NCBI GenBank assembly: GCA_037445065.1
Contig: JBBILD010000014.1
Location: 1 to 64,000 of the forward strand
Source of the DNA: Myxococcales bacterium
Lineage (GTDB): Bacteria; Desulfobacterota; Binatia; HRBIN30
Direction: 5' to 3'
DNA: 64,000 bases
Shown here: piece by piece, positions 40,773 through 48,595 of the stretch
Numbering within the stretch: the first letter of the stretch is position 1
Layout of the letters: each line of letters opens with the position of its first letter
The notes under the pieces: model-generated
Seen by the model: only the letters and a program-made list of their open reading frames with translations
What the model was told of the DNA's origin: nothing
Databases searched by the model: none
Position numbers and translations under genes: made by a program

Positions 40773-42302
40773 ATGACCGATTTTTTGCGCACGCTCGGGG
40801 CTTTTCTGTTCGCCTGGTTCAACCTGCTGATCCAGGGAAACCCCTCGTTGCCGACGCCACGGCCAACGGGAACGCCGACCATCATCGTTCGCTCGACGCC
40901 GACGCTTTCGCCTTCACGCGAACCGACACGCTCGCCGACGCTCTTCGTTCCCTCACCGAGTCCCACCCGACCTGATGCGACCCGGTTCCCATCGCCCACC
41001 GCGACCGCGAGTTTATCGCCGAGGCCTCGTCCTTCCTTCGCGCCGACTGCCACGAGCCGCCCGCTGACGGCGACTCCCTCGCCGCGGCCGACTTTCACTG
41101 CCACTCCGACGCGAACAGAAAGTGCAACCAGAAGCGCGACTCCCACAAGGAGCCTCACGGCGACCCGAACACCCTCTCGCACCTCGAGCCCTACTTCTTC
41201 GGCCACGGAAACTCGTACCACCACGCCAACACGAACAGCCTCGCAGACCCGCACCCCGTCGGGGACTGCGACTTCGAGTGCGACCGCTACGAGGACGCCA
41301 ACCGCCTCTCCAACGCGGACGATCACCGCCACGCGGACACCGACCTCGACTCGACTCCCGACTGCGACGCCCCAGCCGAGTGCCACATTTACAGCTTCGC
41401 CCTCCCCGCGGCCGACGCTTCCGAGAGGGGAGCAAGACCCCCTCGGCGTGGTTGCCGCGGGCAATCCGCCTGCCCAAAAGCTTCCGGCGGCGGTGTTGAT
41501 TTTCCCGTTGGTGCGCGCCACCGCAACGAGCGATACGCGCATCGAGATTGCGAATGCGTCCGGTAACGCCACGGTCGCGCGTTGTTTTTACGTGACCGCG
41601 GATACCTGCAATGAGATCGGTTTTTACGCTTCGTTGCGTGCCTCTGGTGTGGCGATGCAAAGTGGTGGACCGCTTTCTTGGTTGGTCAGTTCCGGACTTT
41701 CTGGTAACGGCGAGCGCATCGCGCCGCCGTTTTCGGGCGACGGTGAACTCAAGTGCTTCGTGAGCGACAATCAGTTGGTCGGTCGAGCGCTGGTGATGGA
41801 CGCCACCGGGGAACGCATTGGATACTCCGCCATTGCTTTCCGCAGGTTGGGGGCAGCGAGCATGACCCAGATTTCGCTGGACGGGGTGCAGTACGAAGCG
41901 TGCCCGGACCGTTTGCATTTCAATGTCCTCTCCCAAACCATAACTTCGAACAGCGAGTTGATTCTGGTGCCGTGCACGCAGAATCTGGAGGTTCAGACGT
42001 CTGTCACAACCGTGGTTCAGTACGCCGTGGTGAATGAATTCGAGCAAGTGTTCTCAGGGTCGAGTAACTTGCGCTGCATGGACCGCAGGAGATTCTCTAC
42101 GATTGCCGCGCTCCGCAAATCCAGTATCGGGACAGACACTGCGCACTTGGTGGTCCGCGGGGTGGATGTTCCCGTCATTGGTTTGGTGATCGATCGTTTT
42201 GTTGTTCCCGGTTCCGGGGCAACTTCAGTGTCTAGTAACGAGCCGTACCTGGAGGGATCGCGCGCCGCGACGATCCAATTGCCCGAGCCAGATTTCCCGT
42301 GA
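40773..42302 (+). CDS. Secreted or anchored hypothetical protein with a long Thr/Pro/Ser/Arg stalk (paralog B)
   Basis: N-terminal hydrophobic helix, about 190 aa of TP/SPT/RT low complexity, then the domain shared with paralog A. Confidence 0.8.
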   Translation: MTDFLRTLGAFLFAWFNLLIQGNPSLPTPRPTGTPTIIVRSTPTLSPSREPTRSPTLFVPSPSPTRPDATRFPSPTATASLSPRPRPSFAPTATSRPLTATPSPRPTFTATPTRTESATRSATPTRSLTATRTPSRTSSPTSSATETRTTTPTRTASQTRTPSGTATSSATATRTPTASPTRTITATRTPTSTRLPTATPQPSATFTASPSPRPTLPRGEQDPLGVVAAGNPPAQKLPAAVLIFPLVRATATSDTRIEIANASGNATVARCFYVTADTCNEIGFYASLRASGVAMQSGGPLSWLVSSGLSGNGERIAPPFSGDGELKCFVSDNQLVGRALVMDATGERIGYSAIAFRRLGAASMTQISLDGVQYEACPDRLHFNVLSQTITSNSELILVPCTQNLEVQTSVTTVVQYAVVNEFEQVFSGSSNLRCMDRRRFSTIAALRKSSIGTDTAHLVVRGVDVPVIGLVIDRFVVPGSGATSVSSNEPYLEGSRAATIQLPEPDFP

Positions 42303-42317
42303 ACGGGCGCCTGTTCC

Positions 42318-43100
42318 ATGGGGCTTGAGGAATTCGATCGCTTTGCCTTCGAATTCGGAGGCACCTCGCGCCTTGTGTACCGGGCTGGGCACGGTCCGGC
42401 GGTGGTCGTCATGCACGAGATCCCGGGTATCACTCCACAGGTCCTGCGCTTTGTGTGCGCCGTCCGTGACGCCGGTTTCACCGTGTACGTGCCGCACCTG
42501 TTCGGTGTGGCGGGGAAGCCGTTTTCTCTACCGTACGCAGCGTTTGAGCTCGCTCGGGTCTGTGTAAGCCGGGAGTTTTGGGTGCTGGCTCGCAATCGAG
42601 CCAGTCCAATCACCACTTGGTTGCGCGCGTTGTGTCGCCAGGCTCATCGCGAGTGCGGTGGCCCCGGCGTTGGTGCCCTGGGTATGTGTTTGACAGGCAA
42701 CTTCGCCTTGGCGCTGATGGTTGATCCAGCGGTGCAGGCACCAGTCCTGAGCCAGCCCTCGCTTCCGTTCCCGATCAGCAAGAGCCACCGTGCCGCCTTG
42801 CATCTCGCGCCGCAGCAATTGGAGGTGGTGAAGGAGCGGGCAAAGTTAGGATGCCCCGTGTTGGGCTTGCGCTTTACCCATGATCCCCTCTGCCCGGGCG
42901 AAAGATTTGCGCGCCTTCGTCAAGAGTTGGGAGAGGCCTTCGAAGCCATCGAGATTGATTCTTCGCCCGGCAATCCCCATGGAATCCCACGTCGTGCCCA
43001 TTCGGTTCTGACCTTGGACTTCGTAGATGAGGCCGGACACCCGACCCGGACTGCCCTGGAGAGAGTGCTATCGTTTTTTACAGAACGGCTGCGAAGCTGA
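42318..43100 (+). CDS. Dienelactone hydrolase family protein
   Basis: VMHEIPG, GMCLTG nucleophile elbow, DPLCP and AHSVLT. Confidence 0.88.
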   Translation: MGLEEFDRFAFEFGGTSRLVYRAGHGPAVVVMHEIPGITPQVLRFVCAVRDAGFTVYVPHLFGVAGKPFSLPYAAFELARVCVSREFWVLARNRASPITTWLRALCRQAHRECGGPGVGALGMCLTGNFALALMVDPAVQAPVLSQPSLPFPISKSHRAALHLAPQQLEVVKERAKLGCPVLGLRFTHDPLCPGERFARLRQELGEAFEAIEIDSSPGNPHGIPRRAHSVLTLDFVDEAGHPTRTALERVLSFFTERLRS

Positions 43101-43156
43101 GAAGCCTCGGTCGTTGGACGACTGGCACGATTCCGTACGCGCATGCAGGAGTAGTG

Positions 43157-43843
43157 TCACCACTTTTCATACTGCACGGCTCGACGATCGTATCCGGCCT
43201 GCCGCAAAAGATCGCGAATCCGGTAAACATCCGGGCCGACCCCACACACAAAAAAGCGGGCGCTAGGGTCTCGCTCGCCTTCCACATAGCGTCCCTCGAT
43301 GTAACGCACGGCATCCACGGAGAACAACGCCTCGTATTCGAAGTTGCGTTGCGTGCGCACGGCGCGCACGAATTCGTCGCGATAGAGCTGATGCGCGAGC
43401 TCGGGCACAAAGTGGTGCAAGCGCAACAAATGGCCTTGGGTCGTGCTCCAGGCTCGGTGTAGCATGGGTCGAATGGCGGCAATGCCCGTTCCCAAGGCAA
43501 CAAAAATGCAAGCAGCCTTGAGTGCGTGGCGCAAGACAAAGCTGCCCCACGGGCCAGTGAAACGGAGCCGCGCTCCAGGCCTCAACGAAAACAGGTAGTG
43601 AGAACCAACTCCTCCGGGAACCAAGTCCAGGACAATCTCCAACGGGCCTGGTTGTTCAGGTGGCGAGGCGATTGTGTACGGGCGCACGATTTCGCCGTTC
43701 ACAGGAAGAAGAAAGGAGAGGAACTGTCCGGGGGCGTAATCGAACGAGGAGGGGCGCTCGAAGGAAAGGAGCCGGGTGTTTGGAGCCACATCGGAGGCAC
43801 CTAGTAGCTCGACTTCGTAAACCGTCCTGGGGTCTGCGCTCAT
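43157..43843 (-). CDS. FAD/NAD(P)-binding ferredoxin-reductase-like oxidoreductase
   Basis: PGQF, RPYTIAS, GGVGS, GPWG, GTGIA, FVCG and terminal EKW. Confidence 0.88.
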   Translation of the reverse strand: MSADPRTVYEVELLGASDVAPNTRLLSFERPSSFDYAPGQFLSFLLPVNGEIVRPYTIASPPEQPGPLEIVLDLVPGGVGSHYLFSLRPGARLRFTGPWGSFVLRHALKAACIFVALGTGIAAIRPMLHRAWSTTQGHLLRLHHFVPELAHQLYRDEFVRAVRTQRNFEYEALFSVDAVRYIEGRYVEGERDPSARFFVCGVGPDVYRIRDLLRQAGYDRRAVQYEKW

Positions 43844-44121
43844 CTCGGTGTTGCGATTCAGCAAAGCCGTGCGGCGGACCCCGGTCAAGGATACCCGTGG
43901 GATGCCACCGTGCGGTCTGGGCGCGTTTCCGAGGGTGCAAAGCGTTGCCACCGGGCTGAGCCAGGGGCCATTGCATAGCTTGCTTGCGGCAGCCGCGTGC
44001 CCGGTTAGGCTCTGCCGGTTGCCGAGGGCCGTGTGAGGTGGCTGCTGCGAGGTCGCTGCGGTGCTTGCTCCAATGGGCAGCCGTGAGTAAAGCCTCGTGG
44101 TACGTTGAGCGGAGATCGGCC

Positions 44122-44316
44122 ATGGCGGAAACGGTTCGGCTTGGGAAAAACGGGGAGGTCGTCCTGCCGCGCCGGATCCGTGCTGCCTTGAGCCTGCAAC
44201 CAGGGGACGAATTGGAAATCGCTCTGGAAGGGGAAGTCGTCTTGCTGCGCCGCAAGGCCGGCAGCTTTCGCTCGTACCTGGAGCGCCTTACTCGTACTCG
44301 CCCGCCCACACGCTGA
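44122..44316 (+). CDS. AbrB/MazE/SpoVT-family DNA-binding protein
   Basis: LGKNGEVVLPRRIRAALSLQPGDELEI; GGAG RBS. Confidence 0.88.
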   Translation: MAETVRLGKNGEVVLPRRIRAALSLQPGDELEIALEGEVVLLRRKAGSFRSYLERLTRTRPPTR

Positions 44317-44363
44317 GCAGCGCTTGCTCGCAGCCCCACCGCAAAGCTGCTAGCGACCTTTTG

Positions 44364-44717
44364 ATGCCGAAACTCAGGGTGATTTACGAGCGCGGTGACC
44401 CCGATCTCGAGATCGAGTTCGATCGCTCGCGCGCGCCGTTCCAGCACGATGGCAAGCCTGGCTCCATCCTCGACGTGATCTTGGGTCATGGAGGCCAGCT
44501 AGAGCACGCGTGCGGAGGAAACTGCGCCTGTACGACGTGTCACGTGATCGTGAAGCAGGGGTACGATCAGCTCTCCGAGCCTTCGGAGGAAGAGCTGGAC
44601 CTTTTGGACAAGGCTCCCGGACTCACTCCGACCTCACGCCTCGGTTGCCAAGCCGTGATCGGAAGCGAGTGCGAGATTGTCGTCATTGTCCCGAAATACA
44701 CCGTAAATGTGGCTTGA
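44364..44717 (+). CDS. 2Fe-2S ferredoxin (adrenodoxin/ISC type)
   Basis: HACGGNCACTTCHV...EELDLLD...SRLGCQ. Confidence 0.92.
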   Translation: MPKLRVIYERGDPDLEIEFDRSRAPFQHDGKPGSILDVILGHGGQLEHACGGNCACTTCHVIVKQGYDQLSEPSEEELDLLDKAPGLTPTSRLGCQAVIGSECEIVVIVPKYTVNVA

Positions 44718-44847
44718 GCTGCCCGCGATTCCCAAGCCTGGGAGCCGCTTCGTGTGCCACGCTCGCGACGCCGGTAGGGACCGTTGGAGGAACGGGCACC
44801 GGGGCATGCCTTTGTGAGAGGCACGCTTTTGGAATACGCATTGGGCA

Positions 44848-45987
44848 ATGTTGCCGGCAGATTTTCGCAGCGGCCTTGCGGGAACGGGAGGGATCGATTT
44901 CCGACGAACCCCGTTTACGGTGATTTGGGAGGTCACCCGCGCTTGCGACTTGCGTTGCGTGCACTGCCGAGCCGACGCACAGAGACAACGCGACCCGCGT
45001 GAACTCAGCACGGCAGAGGGGCAGTCCCTCCTCGAGCAAGTCCGCGATCTCGGGTCTCCCGTGTTTGTGTTCACGGGCGGTGATCCACTGCGGCGGCCGG
45101 ACCTACTCGACCTCATTCGGTTCGCCAGTCAGATTGGTGTGCGGGCGGCCGTAACACCGAGTGGCACGCCGTTGTTGACTCCCGAGGTTGTGCGCCAGTT
45201 CGCGCGAGCCGGTGTGCAGCGGATGGCGTTGAGCGTGGACGGACCGGACGCTGTGTCTCACGATGGATTCCGCCAGCAACCCGGCTCTTTTGAAATTACC
45301 GTGCGTGCCTTGCGGGCGGCTCGCGAGTGTGGCCTTCCCGCGCAGATCAATACCACGGTCACTCGCCACAACTGGAGGCGACTCGCAGAGATTGCCGACC
45401 TCGTGGGCGAACTGGGAGCGGTCACCTGGAGTGCATTCTTCCTGGTCACCACAGGTCGAGCCCGAATGCGGGATCAACTGGAAGCCGAGGAGTTCGAGTG
45501 GGTATTCTCCCAGTTGTACGAGATCGCGCAGCGGGTCCCATTTGTGGTTCGTACCACGGCCGCTCCGCATTACCGGCGGTATCTCGTCCAGCGGCGAACG
45601 GAGGCGAAGCGCGCTGGTTCCTCGCCTGCGGCAAGCGAAGCTTTTGATCCGTTGCGTGCTCCGCAGGGGGTGACCGACGGCAATGGCCTCGTTTTTATCT
45701 CTCACACGGGGGACGTATTTCCGAGCGGTTTTCTTCCGCTTCGCGCTGGGAATCTCCGCCAACAGTCGTTGGCCGAGATCTACCGGGAGGCGCCGCTTTT
45801 CCGGGCTTTACGCGATACGAGCCAGTTTCGTGGGAAATGTGGGCAGTGCGAGTTCGTCCACCTCTGTGGAGGCTCGCGTGCGCGGGCGTACGCCGAAACC
45901 GGTGACTATTTGGCTGCCGAGCCACGGTGCAGTTACGTGCCTCGGTCATGGGCACGAACGGCGCCGACCGAAGCACCCGCTGGGTAA
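44848..45987 (+). CDS. Radical SAM/SPASM protein, Ahb/NirJ-like group
   Basis: WEVTRACDLRCVHCRA (CxxxCxxC), TGGDPL and SPASM KCGQCEFVHLCGGSRARAY...C. Confidence 0.85.
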   Translation: MLPADFRSGLAGTGGIDFRRTPFTVIWEVTRACDLRCVHCRADAQRQRDPRELSTAEGQSLLEQVRDLGSPVFVFTGGDPLRRPDLLDLIRFASQIGVRAAVTPSGTPLLTPEVVRQFARAGVQRMALSVDGPDAVSHDGFRQQPGSFEITVRALRAARECGLPAQINTTVTRHNWRRLAEIADLVGELGAVTWSAFFLVTTGRARMRDQLEAEEFEWVFSQLYEIAQRVPFVVRTTAAPHYRRYLVQRRTEAKRAGSSPAASEAFDPLRAPQGVTDGNGLVFISHTGDVFPSGFLPLRAGNLRQQSLAEIYREAPLFRALRDTSQFRGKCGQCEFVHLCGGSRARAYAETGDYLAAEPRCSYVPRSWARTAPTEAPAG

Positions 45988-45988
45988 G

Positions 45989-48532
45989 TCAGGTTCGCGC
46001 TGGATCCGGCTTGTCCGCATCGATGCCCCATTCCCGCTGAGCCTCTTCGAGCACATCCGGGCTGAGTTCTCCTCGGCGTGCCAGAACGTAAAGGGCAGCG
46101 AGCGCGATGCATTCGGCGTCAACCTCGAAGAAGCGGCGCAAGGGCTTTCGTTCGTCGCTTCTGCCAAAGCCGTCCGTGCCGAGGGCGAACAGCCCCGCTG
46201 GCACAAAGGGAGCAAGAGCGTCTCCGAGAACTTTCATATAGTCACTGGCGGTGATCACAGGGTAAGGTTCCTCTTCGAGCAACTGCTCCAGGTAACTCTT
46301 ACGGGGAGCGGCGCTCGGGTGGAGGAAATTCCAGCGCCGGACTGCGAGGGCGTCGCGCCGCAGCTCGGTCCAGCTCGTCACGCTCCAGACGTGGGCAGCT
46401 ACCTGATGCTCCGCGAGGAGCTCTTGGGCGTGCAGCGCCTCGCGGACGATGGCTCCACTCGCAAATAGGTGCACCTGGGGCCAGTTGCCGAGCGGGTCGG
46501 CAGGTTGCAACTTATAACAACCGCGCACAATTCCCTCGCGCACGTCGCCGGGCATCGGTGGTTGGACGTACAGTTCGTTGGTGACCGTCAGGTAATAGAA
46601 GCAGTCCTCTCGTTCTTCGAACATGCGCCGCAGCCCGTCTTCGATGATCACTGCGATCTCGTACGCAAATGCCGGATCGTAAGCGCGGACCGTGGGAACC
46701 GTACTAGCAAGCACGTGGCTGTGCCCGTCTTGGTGTTGGAGCCCCTCGCCGGCGAGGGTTGTGCGGCCTGAGGTGGCACCGATCAGAAAGCCCTTGCCGC
46801 GTGCATCTGCGTTCTGCCAAATCAGGTCGCCCACACGCTGAAAACCAAACATGGAATAGAAGAAGAAAAAGGGAATCGTAGGTACTTGGTGGGTCGAGTA
46901 CGCCGTTCCCGCCGCCATAAAGGAGGCCATGGCCCCAGCTTCCGTGATGCCTTCCTCGAGCAGTTGCCCATCGCTGGCTTCGCGATAATAGGCGACCACG
47001 TTGGAATCGACTGGCTCGTAGAGTTGACCCTTCGGAGAGTAAATTCCGAACTTGCGGAATAGAGCGTCCATTCCAAACGTTCGCGCTTCATCGGCGACAA
47101 TGGGAACGATCCATTTGCCAAGCTCGGGGTCGCTCATGAGCTGGCGGAGCATGCGCACGAGCACCATTGTCGTCGCCACTTCCCGATTCCCAGACCCCTG
47201 ATAGTACTCCTCGAATAAGCTCCGTGGCGGAGCGGGCACGGAAACGATGTGCGGGCGACGCTGAGGGAGGAAACCTCCGAGGGCGCGCCGCCGTTCCAGC
47301 AGGTACTCGATTTCCTCGCTATCCTCCAGGGGTTTGTAGAAAGGAGTTTCGCTGAGTTCGGCGTCGCTGATGGGAATCCCGAGCCGATCGCGGAAGGAGC
47401 GCAGTTCGCGCTCATTGAGTTTTTTCTGCTGGTGGGTCACGTTGCGCCCTTCACCTGCTTCTCCCAAGCCGTAACCCTTGATGGTTTTGGCCAGGATCAC
47501 CGTCGGCTGCCCCCGGTGTTCGATGGCAGCCTTGTAGGCCGCGTAGATTTTTTCGGGATCGTGTCCGCCACGACGGAGTTTGCGCAAGCGCGCATCGGTG
47601 AGGTCGGCCACCAGTGCCAGTAACTCCGGGTGGACGCCAAAGAAGTGCTGCCGGATATAAGCGCCCGATTCGACCGTGTACTTTTGGTATTGGCCATCCA
47701 CAACTTCGTTCATGCGCTGGACGAGGAGGCCCTTTTTGTCGCGCGCGAGGAGCGGGTCCCAATCGCTTCCCCAAATGACCTTGATGACATTCCATCCGGC
47801 CCCGCGAAACAGAGCTTCGAGTTCTTGGATGATCTTGCCGTTGCCGCGGACTGGCCCATCCAGGCGCTGGAGATTGCAGTTCACCACCCAAATGAGGTTG
47901 TCCAGCTCTTCACGTGCGGCGAGCGTGAGTGCTCCCACTGCTTCCGGCTCGTCCATTTCCCCGTCACCAAGGAAGGCCCAGACCCGGCCACCGTCATGTT
48001 CAATCAGCCCCCGTGCCCGCAGGTAGCGGTTGAAGCGAGCCTGATAAATCGAGGCAATCGGGGAGAGGCCCATCGAGACCGTCGGGAACTGCCAAAAATC
48101 CGGCATCAGCCATGGGTGCGGATAAGAGGATAAACCACCGCCAGGGGCCAGCTCGCGGCGGAAATTGAGTAGTTGTTGCTCTGAGATCCGCCCCTCCAGA
48201 TAGCCACGTGCATAAATGCCCGGAGAAGCATGCCCTTGAAAGAACACTTGGTCGCCGGGGTAGTGCTCGGTAGGGGCACGCAAGAAGTGATGGAACGCGA
48301 CCTCGAACAGCGTGGCGGCCGATGCGTACGTTGAAATGTGGCCTCCGATCCCTGGGTAGTGCTTGTTCGCATGCACCACCATGGCCATCGCGTTCCAGCG
48401 GATGATGTTCCGGATTCGCCGTTCGATCTCGAGGTCACCCGGATACGGTGGTTGTGCTTCCGCCGGGATGGTGTTCACGTATGGGGTGTTCCACGGCGAA
48501 GGCAGGCGTACTGCCGGTCGCGAGACGTCCAT
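45989..48532 (-). CDS. aceE: Pyruvate dehydrogenase E1, homodimeric type
   Basis: GGHISTYAS, QGHASPG, YPHPWLMP, GDGEMDEPE...NCNLQRLDGPV and GEGLQHQDGHS; start 48532 or 48541. Confidence 0.95.
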   Translation of the reverse strand: MDVSRPAVRLPSPWNTPYVNTIPAEAQPPYPGDLEIERRIRNIIRWNAMAMVVHANKHYPGIGGHISTYASAATLFEVAFHHFLRAPTEHYPGDQVFFQGHASPGIYARGYLEGRISEQQLLNFRRELAPGGGLSSYPHPWLMPDFWQFPTVSMGLSPIASIYQARFNRYLRARGLIEHDGGRVWAFLGDGEMDEPEAVGALTLAAREELDNLIWVVNCNLQRLDGPVRGNGKIIQELEALFRGAGWNVIKVIWGSDWDPLLARDKKGLLVQRMNEVVDGQYQKYTVESGAYIRQHFFGVHPELLALVADLTDARLRKLRRGGHDPEKIYAAYKAAIEHRGQPTVILAKTIKGYGLGEAGEGRNVTHQQKKLNERELRSFRDRLGIPISDAELSETPFYKPLEDSEEIEYLLERRRALGGFLPQRRPHIVSVPAPPRSLFEEYYQGSGNREVATTMVLVRMLRQLMSDPELGKWIVPIVADEARTFGMDALFRKFGIYSPKGQLYEPVDSNVVAYYREASDGQLLEEGITEAGAMASFMAAGTAYSTHQVPTIPFFFFYSMFGFQRVGDLIWQNADARGKGFLIGATSGRTTLAGEGLQHQDGHSHVLASTVPTVRAYDPAFAYEIAVIIEDGLRRMFEEREDCFYYLTVTNELYVQPPMPGDVREGIVRGCYKLQPADPLGNWPQVHLFASGAIVREALHAQELLAEHQVAAHVWSVTSWTELRRDALAVRRWNFLHPSAAPRKSYLEQLLEEEPYPVITASDYMKVLGDALAPFVPAGLFALGTDGFGRSDERKPLRRFFEVDAECIALAALYVLARRGELSPDVLEEAQREWGIDADKPDPART

Positions 48533-48595
48533 GGCCTTCATTGTATCCGCGCGGTCGGGTGCCTGCTACCGGAATGTGGCCGGCCTTCGGTGTGC

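Noticed and set aside
40538..41572. Val/Gly-rich 344-aa minus-strand ORF, and the similar ORF at 31896-32645
   Set aside because: Antisense reading of Thr/Pro linker codons.
44122..44717. Toxin-antitoxin pair
   Set aside because: The gene after the AbrB-like ORF is a clear ferredoxin, not a PIN or MazF toxin.
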